A stretch of DNA of 64,000 bases. Origin: Blastocystis sp. Blastoise (lineage: Eukaryota; Protista; Bigyra: Opalinata). This document shows, piece by piece, positions 33,101 through 49,700 of this stretch. How positions within the stretch are numbered: position 1 is the first letter of the stretch; each line of letters starts with the position of its first letter. Location: contig JBBPEB010000011.1 in the NCBI GenBank assembly GCA_039096225.1, forward strand, positions 806,001 through 870,000, in the 5' to 3' direction. A model generated the notes under the pieces. The model ran no database searches. It saw nothing but the letters and a program-made list of their open reading frames with translations, and was not told the DNA's origin. Made by a program: the position numbers and the translations under genes.

Positions 33101-33343
33101 TGGTTTCCCCAGTGGTGGAGCAGTGAAGTTTTTTGGGTTGACTTTAGTAAAAAGGTGTTTGTAAATTTCAGTGTGGTTTCCCCAGTGGTGGAGCAGTTGG
33201 AATTTTTAAGCAAGGTTTAGTAAAAAGATAATTGTAAATTTCTGTTTGGTTTCCCCAGTGGTGGAGCAGTAAATTTTTTTGGGTAGACTTTAGTAAAAAG
33301 ATGATTGAAAAGTTCAGTTTGGTTTCCCCAGTGGTGGAGCAGT
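33101..33343 (+). repeat. Subterminal tandem repeat of the CACTA element: 4 identical TGGTTTCCCCAGTGGTGGAGCAGT cores at a 73-bp period
   Basis: Cores start at 33101, 33174, 33247 and 33320. The intervening 49-mers are mutually similar (TTTAGTAAAAAG). Confidence 0.9.
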
Positions 33344-33649
33344 GTCATTTTTGGTCAGAGTTTCAGTGGGTTTTTTTATCAACAGAGCAGTGAATAAGTA
33401 TGACACACCTTAAAATAGATAATTGGCCAATAGAAATGCTTATTTTCATCATTTATTCTATATTTATTGGTCTTTATATTATTTTTGTGGTGTAATAATC
33501 AACGATACAACAAAACAAGCAAATTAAATAACATCAAATTATAATTAAAAACACATAATAAAAAAGAATAAAAAATATATAAAAAACAATATAATAAAAT
33601 ATGTAAAAAACAAATAATAAATATATAAAAGAAATAATAGAACATATAA

Positions 33650-34405
33650 TAAGCAATTCTTTAGCAACAGGGCAGTTTCAGTCTTTAATTGAGCAAGCAA
33701 GCAAGTCAAACCTATATAAAGAGATATTATTATCATAAGAAGTTTATATATAATATAAATAAATCATTTTAAAACTATAATGAATAAAAATATATACCTT
33801 TTATCACGACAATTACAAGAAAAGAAAGGAAGCGAAGACAAGGAACCATCCTATAAAAGATATATTAAATAGTATAAGTAATAAAAAGGAATATAATTAA
33901 TATATATACATACCTTTGATAAGCCATTCTCTCCAATTAACAACAACGACAGCAACGGAACCCCCGGAAACCTATATAAAGATAGAGTAAGTTATATAAT
34001 ATAATAATATATAATAAAGTAAATTAATATAGAATAATAAAATATAAATATATACATTACTGCTATATAAATATAAAGTGGGGTTAGTTATATAATATGT
34101 AATAGATAATATAGATGATATATACCTTCTTTTAACATTGATTCCTTCCATTCTAGACCTAAAGAACCCATCTATAAGAGAGCCACCACTAATAGGCACT
34201 TTTGACCTTTTAACAAATATGATTGGGTATTCTCTCCGTTTTATCCAATCAATTATCGTTAAAAGCCAAAATGCCTATCAGTGCACGACCACACACAAGA
34301 AGGACCAGAACGTTTAAGGAGACCAGCAAGTGTCAAAACACCAAGCAGAGACAGCTACTATAGAAAATGAATGAGTAGAGTAGAAAAAAATAAAATATAA
34401 AGAAA
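33650..34405 (-). pseudogene. Exon-like, GC-richer segments with GT-AG boundaries inside the CACTA element (degenerate or captured gene, or ncRNA)
   Basis: Four segments splice into one ~97-codon open frame (AFWLLTIIDW...ACSIKD*), but the plausible upstream ATG exon is in another frame. Similar exon-like pieces occur at 40137-40588. No recognisable homology. Confidence 0.35.
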
Positions 34406-36419
34406 CAGCAAACACCTACCATCATAATAGTATCATATATAATGAAATAAAGTAATAATTTAATAATATATCATATTAATCATATAAGATATAATAAAAT
34501 AAATATGTAATAAGTCATGTAGGATTTTGTTTTGTTAAAAAAGGGTGTAATAGGAATTTAAAAGATATAGCTGAAATAATGAAAATAAACATGAATAATT
34601 TCATATCTACTAAATATAGAGAATCTTCATCATAAATAAAATGAATGGTTAAGAATAAAAGAGAAAGAGAAATTTTATTTCTATGAGGAAAATGGATATT
34701 GTTATTGTTATTTTCAATTTATCCTAATTATCATAAGTAATACAAAAATTGTTTTATTTTAAAGAATTATATAGTTATTTATCATTATATCATTTTATAA
34801 TCAGTTTTGACTATGGAAGAGTGATTTTTATCCTTAATTGTCAAAATTATTTTTAGTATCACTCAGTAAGTATAAGTCTTTTAAAAAATAAATATAGGTT
34901 ACAATACAGACTTATAGAGAAGACTCTGAAACTTCTATTTCCAGAATAAAAGTCATTTATATAATCCAGAATGATTGCCTGAATCATTATTTAAAGAATT
35001 CTTTTGAATCATATATCTTCAATAAAATGATAAAATAAAGAAAATGAAGATAAAAAAGGTCTAGAGTCAAAAATGTTATAAATTATTATTTTTTAATGTA
35101 TTTGTCCAGATTTTTTATTAATTTATTATCACAATATGACAAAGAGAGTGGAAAAAATATTTTTAAAGTGAATTAAAGCAATAATTGAAATCAAGTTAAA
35201 GTCTTCTAATATCTTTAAATAGACTTGATATACATAAGGTAAGCGTTTTTTCATGCAAATAGTGTTTTTCATTTAAATAATATCAAAAACAAATCAAAAT
35301 AGTATTTTATAATTACTCAGCAAGAACTTTTTCTAGTATTCAAGGACTTACTATTATCAAATATACGTATAAACAAACAAAAATCATATTTTATATATTT
35401 TTAGTTGAATAGTCGGAGTCGTGTTGATAGTTTATTATAAAACAAATGCAAAAATCACTTTTTTGTCAAAAAAAGTCTTATATGGATATATAGTTTTATT
35501 CATAATTTATTTATTGTCTATAAATTCTGTGTATTCATTTTAAGTGATTTTTAGTGAAACTAAAATTATTTGAAATACATATTCTAATTTCGAAAATGAC
35601 AAAAACATATTATATTACATATTTAGTGTTTAAATGAAGTTTAAAAGTTATTAAGATATCAATTAGTTAAAAAATATAAAATATTGAGAATCTCCATTTT
35701 TATGACTTGTCTTAAATCACATTAAAGGTGTATGATTGAATATTTGTATTGATTATTTGTATGATCCTAGCATTATTTTCTAAGAATTTTGTTTTCTAAC
35801 AAGAATAAATTCTTAATTTATTATTTATCAAGTTAAAAATGAATTTAAATGATTATTTTCTAGTGTAAAAGGGTATAGTGATTATACGAGAAAAAAATTA
35901 CGCAGAATAATTTGATAATCAAATTTTGAAAATGAGAATTATTATTTTGAACTAAACTAATTTTTCACATATACTCATTATAAAACGACTTGAATAATCT
36001 TTTGAGAAGATTATTTTGTTTTATAATACACTTAAGAAGTAATTGACTGTTATTGTGTCTCTTTTTGTTAAAAAGATTATTTTGAATGCTATTTTTGATT
36101 GATCTATATATTATCAATGCATTCAATGATGAAATAAATACATATGTAAAGAAAAAATAGTAATTGATCTAATTTATCTTCATCTATTTGAATAGATAAT
36201 TTTTGAAAAAATTAATATAATATAATTATTGATACCTATATATAAAGAATTAGTTATGTAATTGACCTTAAGACAGGAATTGAACCTGTTTTCTATCATA
36301 AACTGATAGATACTTACCAATATAAGCTTAAGGATAATATAGAATAAAAAAAAAATGAAAGTAAAATAGTAGGAATAATGAGTCAGTATGATGTGTAAGG
36401 ATATATTTATATATGTATA

Positions 36420-38018
36420 AGTGAAAAAGGATGCTAGAAGAAGGGAAAACAAGTAAAAAAGAATAAAAGAGAAAGAAATATAAAGTAAATGAGATAGGGT
36501 CTTTAATTATTGAGATTAATAAAAAAAATGAAAAATAATTTATAATAAATGACAAAGATAGATATATAGAGATCTATAATAATAAGGAATGCAGAAGAGA
36601 AGAGGATTAGAGGATAAAGAATAAGAAGATAAGGAAGATAAGGAAGAAGATAAGGAAGATAAGGAAGAATAAGAAGAAGATAAGGAAGAAGATAAGGAAG
36701 ATAAGGAAGAATAAGAAGAAGATAAGGAAGAAGAAGAAGATAAGGAAGATAAGGAAGAAGAAGAAGATAAGGAAGATAAGGAAGAAGATAAGGAAGATAA
36801 GGAAGAATAAGAAGAAGATAAGGAAGAAGATAAGGAAGATAAGGAAGAATAAGAAGAAGATAAGGAAGAAGAAGAAAAGAAGAATAGGAAGAAGATAAGG
36901 AAGAAGAAGAAGAATAGGAAGAAGAATAAGAAGATAAGGAAGAAGAAGAAGAATAAGAAGATAAGGAAGATAAGGAAGAATAAGAAGAAGATAAGGAAGA
37001 AGAAGAAAAGAAGAATAGGAAGAAGATAAGGAAGAAGAAGAAGAATAGGAAGAAGAATAAGAAGATAAGGAAGAAGAATAAGAAGAAGGAAATGAATAAT
37101 GACAACAAGAAGATGAAGAATAAATAGAATAATGATAAGAAAGAATAAATAGATTAATAAGAGAACAAGAGGATGAATGTGAAGAAGAGACAAGGAAGGA
37201 GGTGAAAAAAAGAAAGAAAAGTAAGATAAAGAATAGGAAGAAGATATACAAGAAAATGAAGAAGAAGAGAAAGAAAAAGAAAAGAAGAATAAACAAGAAA
37301 CATATATAGAGAAACAGAAAGATATAAAGAAATAAAAGAGATAGATAGATAGATAGATAGATAGAGAGAAAAAAAATACAAAGATATAAATAGATAGATA
37401 CACTAATAGATGAATAGAAAGAAAGAAGAAAAGAGAGACATAAAGAAGAAATTAGATAGAAAGAGATAGAATTCTATATAGAATGAGAGATATACAAAAG
37501 AAATCAAATGAAATAGAGAATAAGATAAAAATAGATACAAGAATAAAGATAAAAAGAGAAATAGAGGAGTAGGGAAGGTGTATAAAAAAGAAAGAATATA
37601 AAGATAGGTAGAGAGGAATTGAGAAGGATAGAGAAGGAGGAGGAAAACAGATAGAATTGGAAGACGAAGAAAAGAAGATGAGACGAAGAAGGGAGAAAAA
37701 AGGAGCAGGAAGTGAATATCAAGAAAGATAAATTTATATAGAAAAAAATTAGAAAGAAAAATACATACAAAGAAAACGATAGGGAATGATAGAGAGAATT
37801 ATAATTTGAATGACATAGAGAGAAGGAGAGACAAAGCAAGATAAAGAAGTATAATAGAAAAAACAAAGAAGAAAAAAAGAAGAATAAAAAAAGAAAAGAT
37901 AGAACAATAGTATATGAGAGAAGAAAGAGACAGAAAGAAAACGGGAAATAGGGTAGAGACATAGAAGGTAATAAAATATATAGAAGGGGAGAGGGGATTG
38001 AGATAAATAAATAAATAA

Positions 38019-38115
<97 letters not shown>

Positions 38116-40100
38116 GATAGAAGAATACCGAAAGATATAGAGAAGGAGATAAATATTAATAAAAAGGAAAATATGGATAGAGAGGAGATAGAATCAAACA
38201 GAGAAGGAGAAGTAGATTAAAATAAAAACAAATAGCAAGAGTTAAAAGGAAGAAGGGAAGAATATAGAATGATTTGAAGAATGAGATGTATATAGAAGTG
38301 AATAGAAGGAAATAGAGAAGGAGAAGTAGATAGAAAAGATTAAAAATAGAAGGAGATAGAAAGATAAGAGAATGATATAGATACAATAGAATGAGATAGA
38401 GAAGATAAAGTAGATAGAAATGGATAGAAATAAGAAAAATAAATAGGATAAGAGAGAAAGAGAGATAAAAGGATATAAAAGGATATAGAAGGAGAGAAAG
38501 CGGATTGAGATGTAGTAAGATGGAAGGATGTAGACGGAGATAGAGAAGTAGATAGAGGATGATGGAGAATAAAGAGGAGATAGAAGAGGAGATAGAAGGA
38601 GAAAAAGAAGAAGAGGAAGTAAATTAAGTTAGAAGGAGATATAATAAGATAGAGAAGTAGATATACGTAGATATAAGGAAATATACGAAGATATAAGTAG
38701 ATAAGAGAAAATAGAAGGAAATAGAGAATGAGATTGAGACACATAAATGAGGTAGAATGAGATAGATAAGGATAGAGAAATATGAAGAGAAATATAGGAA
38801 TACAGAGAGATAGAATGATGTTGAAAGAGAAAGAAAAGGAAAGACTGAAGATTGAGACAGAAGGAGTAGCTGAGATAAAAGGAAGATAGAGAAGGAAATT
38901 GAAAGATGAAGGAAGAAGGAGAGAAGATGAAAGAAGAAGAATATAGAAGAAGATAGAGAATGAGATAATAGGGATAGAAAGAGAAAAATAGGAAAAAAGA
39001 TGGTTAGAAGAAAATAGAAAAGGAGAAAGAAGGAGAGATAGAAGGAGAAATAGAAGGATATAAAAGAGATTAAGAAAGAAGTTAGAGACAAGAAGATATA
39101 GATATATAGAAAGAAATAAAAGGATTAAATAGAAGATTAAGATAGAAGAAAAGAGACAAAATAGAAGTAGATATAACAATATAGAGAATGAAAGGATAGA
39201 AATAAAAATAGAAAATAGATAACTAGAACATAAGAATATATAATAATAGAGAGAAGGAGAGAGAGAAGAAAAAGTAGATATAAAGTGGAAAAGGAGACAT
39301 AGAAGGAAATATAAAAGGAAACAAGAAGGTAGAAAGAGACATATAAGATAAAATAGACAGGGACAGAGAGAAATAAATGGAAAAAGAATAAGGATAAAGA
39401 TGGATACGAGAATAGAGAGGGAGAGAAGGAAGATTGAGATAGAATTATACAGAAAGAGGAGAGAAGGAAGATAAAGAAGGAAAATAGGGCAGTAAAAAAA
39501 AGGGAATCAGAAGGAGGAGAGAAGAAGTATGAGAAGAATAGAAAGAAGGAAGAGGAGGAAGGCAAATAATAGAAGAGAACTATATATATAATAAATAGTG
39601 ATATAAATATAAATAAGAAGATGAAGATCTGAAAAAAGCAAAGAATTATATGGAGAAGAAGAAGAAGAAGAAGAGGAAGAGGAAGAAAAAGGAGGGTATA
39701 CACTAATACATGTCGAGGAAAAAGAAGTATAGAATAAGGAGAAGAGGATAACAGGATAAAAGAAAAAGACATAACGAAATACAATGTAAATAGAATAGTG
39801 ATTAAGAAAGAGTAATGAAAGAGTGATATAAAAGGGAAGCGAAGATAAGAGAGAGGTATAATTAAAAAAAAGAAAAATAAAGGAATTTAGATAGAAGAAA
39901 AAATAAAAGAAAAATGAAGATCTGAGGAAGATAATGAATCAAAGGGAGAGACAAGGATATAGGCTGGAGACAAGGCATAGGAAGAAGTAATAAAGAAAGA
40001 AGATGAAGAAATAAGGAGATAAAAGTGTAGAAGGAAGAAAATGAAGAAGAGAGAAGAAGGAATCATTTTGTGTAAGAAGAAGAAATAAAGAAGAACTAGA
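36420..40100 (+). repeat. ~3.7-kb purine-rich low-complexity tract: (GAAGATAAG/GAAGAATAA)n block at ~36610-37090 and (GATA)n at ~38020-38115
   Basis: The + strand is almost devoid of C; repeats are directly visible. Confidence 0.9.
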
Positions 40101-42168
40101 TAATAAATAAATAAATAAATAAATAAATAAACATACCTAATAGAAAAAAATGAATTTGGTGATGTTGAGTCATAGGGAAAGATAACCAACAGAAACAGTA
40201 GAAAACAACCTAAATAAATAAATAATAATAAATAAAAATATAAAAATAATGAAAATAAATAATAAAATGAATTAGAATTCTAATTCAAGAAAAAAAAAGA
40301 AAGTTAATAATAGATAGAATGAATATACGATAAGTATTTTATCATATAATATTACAGCAATATAAAAAATAAAAAGATAAGAGATAATTATAAAAATAAA
40401 TAAATACATATATACTTTGAAAACAGTTTGACATCATAGACGTTGTTGACATGGACTGAAGAGGACTCTTATAACCACGGACGAGCAGGAACCTATACAT
40501 GCTAGAGAATGGGAGAATGTTAATATGGGTAAAGAATAAAAAATAGCAATATACATACAAGGGAACAGTCTGAAGTTAAAATGAGCTTCTATTTTTAAAA
40601 ATAAAGGCAAATAAAAATAGAATAAAAATAAAAAAAATATGTAACAAATGAAATATTTTCTAAGTCAATAGGCTCAATAGCGTATGGGTGTATTCAGGTC
40701 TTAAAAGAAAAATCATTTTTGCGGGAATATCTAGAAACTCAAAAAAATATTTTTTCCCTCCTTTTTTTCACTGTCACTTTTCTTTAATATTTTTGACTTT
40801 ATAGTATTAAAATCGATTCTTACAGGCATGTATAGACACTTTATACCACTTTTGAAACTAAAAATCAAATATTCAAAAATGAGTGAAAAATCACAACAAG
40901 CAAGAAAAACAATTTTGTAAGCTGAGTATGTTGTGTATAAGTATGTCTAACAACAGAGATGATAAAAACGCACAACTCCTCTTGGTTTAGGACATAATTA
41001 TGAATTCTCTCAAAAAAGCTATTTTAAACCTTAAAACGATACCCTGAACTATAAATCAAGTCCTGAATGATATTCTAAAGTCATATTTTTAAAAACAGGT
41101 TTATTGACGATAATCAATAAACAAAAACAAGAGCTTCCGTTTTACTTTTCTTTTTTGAATTTTTAATTGTTTTGACTTTCTAGGGTAGTTGGCTGAAAGA
41201 AATGTTGTCGTCTTTAGGCTAAAAAATTATGAATAAAAAAGTCAAGTCATTTTATTGTTTTTTCCTTGGGAAATAAAAAAGAAGAAATTTTTAGGTGTGT
41301 TTTGGTTTAGGCTGTATAATGGTTTTTATTGTAAAAGGACTTGACGAGAATAATTGAAATGATAATATATCACTCAGAGAATACACAAATTTTAAAAACT
41401 TCTCACTCATGTAATCCATTCTGAATTATAGACTTCAGAGAAAAAATTAAAGTCTTTTTGGTTTTAAACAGTCATTTTAAATCATAAAACACTGTAAAAT
41501 AGTCAATATTTAGAATGTCTATGATTATATAAATAAACAATATATTTTTTAGAGTTATTTTTAAGTTATTCTTGTCAAAAAGAGAGAAACTCGACAAGTT
41601 GGCGGAGCTTTTGCTCTCGGGTTTAGGCCAACACTTTTTTGACTAAAAAACTCCAGTCATTTTGTTGTTTCTCTTACGGGAAATAGGGTCAAAAAAACAA
41701 AAATTGTTTATAGTGGTTCGTAAAGTTAGGTGAGTTCCATACTGTTCAATATATATATACAAAATGTATTTCTGTGTATTAAACGATTGTATATATGTAA
41801 AACAACTCTATTCGTTATGAAAGTGATATTATATATATACTTATATTATCTTTGTGACAACTTCATCAAAAATATAATTATATAAATGAAAAGGCTCAAA
41901 ATAAAATGAATATTAAAACAAAACACAAAAATAGTAACTACAATAAAACATATATATAATACAAAAATAAGGAGAATAAAAATTAAAAAAAAAGTAAAAG
42001 AAAAAGAAAATTAGAAAAAGGAGAAAATAAATAATAATATAAGAAAATAAAAGTTGGAGAAGTTGTTTAAAATAATAAATAAAAGTATATATATATATGA
42101 AGAGAGAAATAAATGGAGGTTTATATTGTATATATCAAACTAATATATATAATAATATTTATACATCC

Positions 42169-46317
<4,149 letters not shown>

Positions 46318-46755
46318 CGAGATTTATATGTAGATTTCAAAGAAGAATTGAAAGGGATCAATTATAAGAGGATATTAAAAACAAAAATAATCGAAAAAGA
46401 TGTGAGTTTAATGAGATTTAGGTTGCTATCAAGAAAGGGAAAAAAATGGAAATTATGAATTTAAAGTGTAATTGTGTGTGATTTTCGTATATATTCGAAA
46501 GAAAAAATAATTCTTAGAAAAGTATTCAACACTTTTTATTTCCATTTAAAAATATTTTGATAGAAAATATACTATATTTGGATGTCCCCAGTATTGATAG
46601 AACATGAATATCAATGAAAATAAATAAAATAAAATGGTCAACAAAGAATATCGAAACAAAAAAATAGTTATTCATCGTTAAAAACTCATTCATAATAATA
46701 CTAACGATTGTGATGATTTAAAAATATATGTGAAATCATTCATAAAAAGATTTTA

Positions 46756-49700
46756 TTACTTTTTAAGCTGAGATGTAATAAAGTCTAAATAGACTTTATT
46801 AGCTTCAGCATTTGTAGGTAAGAAATGGCCACCTTCATGAATGTATACTTTAGGATTTTCAAAACAAGTGACCATTTTTCTAAATAGAAAATAGAAAGGT
46901 TATAAATATAAATAAGATAAGAAGAGAATAATAATAATATTAATATTAATAATAATATTAATAATAATATATATATATATATACTCATTTCTTTCAGGTA
47001 AAACTACTTGATCTGTTGATCCATATATAATAAGAGATGGTAAATTAACTTTCTCATCAAATATATGCTATATATTTATAATAAATTATATTTAAAAAAA
47101 AACAATTATAGAAAAAATAATAATAATTATATATATATATATATATACTCCCATTAGGGAATGGAAGAAAAGTGGTCGTATTTTTTGTTTATTTTTGTGG
47201 TTTTTTTGTTTAAAAAAGTATTTTTGACAAAAAAAAGTGGATTTGTTATTTTTTTTGTTTATTCTCCTTTTTCTTCTATTATTATGTATTTCACCACAAT
47301 AAGAATATTTTTTTATTACAGTAGATTATCATTAATTAAAAATTTGTCATAATTTCTTTGTTATTTATTAGCATTCTTCCCTCTTTGAAGGAGTATTCAT
47401 ATATTTTTATAATTTCTGCATTCATATTGCTAATACATTCTATCTATAGGTTACTAATGAAAAAAGAATATCAGAAACCAAAAACAAAAACAGATTGGCA
47501 CCCATTTTGGGCAATTCAAAGTATATACATATTTATAGCAAGTTATTAATATTATTATAGTATTGATATAAAATACAAATAAGAGGAAATATAAGAAATA
47601 TAAATATAAATATGAAAACATTTATTTTTGAAATGAGTACAAAATTTTTTAGTTTCCAAAATTAGTCTCAGATAACCATGAATACCCGGTGTATGTACTA
47701 TTATCAATTGATTCATGATTATTTGAGTATAATTTTGAATAATTAAAGTATTCATATATATAGTATTTTATGCTTTCAAATGACAAATTGGATCTAATTG
47801 GTATTAAAATGTTGTTATAATACGAGAAAAGTCTTTCTGCTGGAGTATTAGACACAGTAATATTAAGGCTGTATATACCAATTCTTTTAATCTTTTCAAG
47901 TTCTATTGGCATATTATTTAAATATTTTATTAGATCATTTCTGGTAAGGAAGAAATAATAATCACTAAGAATCACTGGCCTTTTTATATCTTTTTGATAC
48001 TCTTTTAAATAATTGAAATAAGACTGTAATTCAACTTCTGTCAAGATATTTAACAGTGCATTACCCTTGGAATATTCTTGAAAATCTTCATATGTTGGAA
48101 AATAATGCAAATAATCTAAGAAAAAGTATTTTATATATATATTATATAAATTTGAACCTTCTCCTAAATATTTTTTATATTTATCTTTTGATTTTGCTAT
48201 TCCTATATATGTGTATAAAATATTCTATTTAATGAAAGATAAATAATAATAATAGTAATAATTATATATATATATATATATATAGAATGGCAGAAAGATG
48301 AATCTACTATGATATACGTACTGAAAGGATATAAAAATTATATGGAAAAAATTAAGATACAGAATAATATATATATGGATAGAGACATAGATATTAAATA
48401 ATTTATAGAAAAATCGTAAGAGTATATATTTATAAATTAATATAATATTTATAATCATATGTATATATTATATATATATGCTATATTTACAATAATTTAT
48501 ATTAAAATATAATATATATATTATATATATTATTATTATATATTAATATATATAGCGATAGAATAAATATATTAATTATAAAAATAGGAGCGTTAGGTGA
48601 AATTATTAAATATAATACGTGATAGCATTTACCTTTTAGAATACAAGCTTTTACACTTTCATATTGTAAGTCTACATTCTTTGATTTGTTTAAGTTTATA
48701 TTATTATCTATATTTTCCTCTAGGTAATTCATCTCTTTAGAAAGAACACTAATTAGGTTGAACATATTTATTATAGGATATTTGTCACTAGATAATTGTT
48801 CAATGCATTTTATAAAGATTTTACTGATATGTTGCATGAGAAGAAGTTCCATTTTTGTTTCTTGGAATTTATATGGATTAGCTAGTATGCTTTTTATATT
48901 CTTTAAATTCTTATTTTGTTTGTCTAACTCATATAGAGGCTCGAAGAATTCAATATATTGATCTATATAGGTGCTATGATATACAAGGCATTCATAGAAT
49001 GATGACCATCTTGTCTCAATATACTGTGGAATGTATGTAGCCTTTTCAAATCCTTTACTTATAAGATATTCTTTTAACGAGTTTTTTTTATATATAGAAA
49101 AGCTAAAATAGTTATTCATATATCTGATTAATGAATCGCTAGACTCCAAATTCTCTTGAATAGTTGAACCTAGAATATTGATCAGATGGCATATACAAGG
49201 AAGATGATTAATGTTTCTAAAAGAAATTGATAGAAGTTCTGCTGTTTTATACATAACAGTAGCGTTATCTGATGTAAATAGAACTATGTTTGTATCCTTC
49301 ATCTCATAATCTCTTATTACATCATAAATCATCGATGCATACTTAATTCCATTTATATTATGATTTTCTTTTATATCTAGCAAGAAGATTGGATTGATTT
49401 CTTCTAAAGCAGTATATTCGTTTGCAGATGATGATATTACTTTAGCAAGAATAGCTACTACTTCTCTTCCGCACATGTCCGTTGTTGAATCAACAAAAAT
49501 TTGTATTCTCTTACTACTATTATTGCTACTATTATATAATTCTAATCTTTCTCCTTCAGGTTTCAGTATTTCTTTTATCTTCTCTTTATCTGTGCTATAC
49601 ACAATTGGTAAATACTTGTCCTTAAGGGTTTTTGAGCATGGAATACTTCTATCCAAGTATTGTGAAAAGAAATATTTCAGCGGTTCATCATCAACAGCCT

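Larger units (their letters stand above)
33050..41715. mobile_element. Non-autonomous CACTA (EnSpm/CMC) element, 8666 bp, 3-bp TSD GTT
   Basis: Left end CACTATAAGCATTTTTTG; right end (rc) CACTATAAACAATTTTTG. GTT at 33047-33049 and 41716-41718. Subterminal repeats at both ends. No transposase ORF seen. Confidence 0.85.

Noticed and set aside
33101-33343. CRISPR array
   Set aside because: Spacers are homologous to one another, there are no cas genes, the context is eukaryotic, and the array lies 51 bp inside a CACTA terminus.
36600-37090. Stop-codon reassignment (the + strand reads as E/D/K-rich with TAA interruptions)
   Set aside because: Conserved genes here end in TAA and have no in-frame TAA or TAG in exons, so the standard code fits.
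36503-40189. Long minus-strand Ser/Leu/Phe-rich ORFs
   Set aside because: They overlap in all three frames and arise because a pyrimidine-rich strand rarely contains stops. No domain content.
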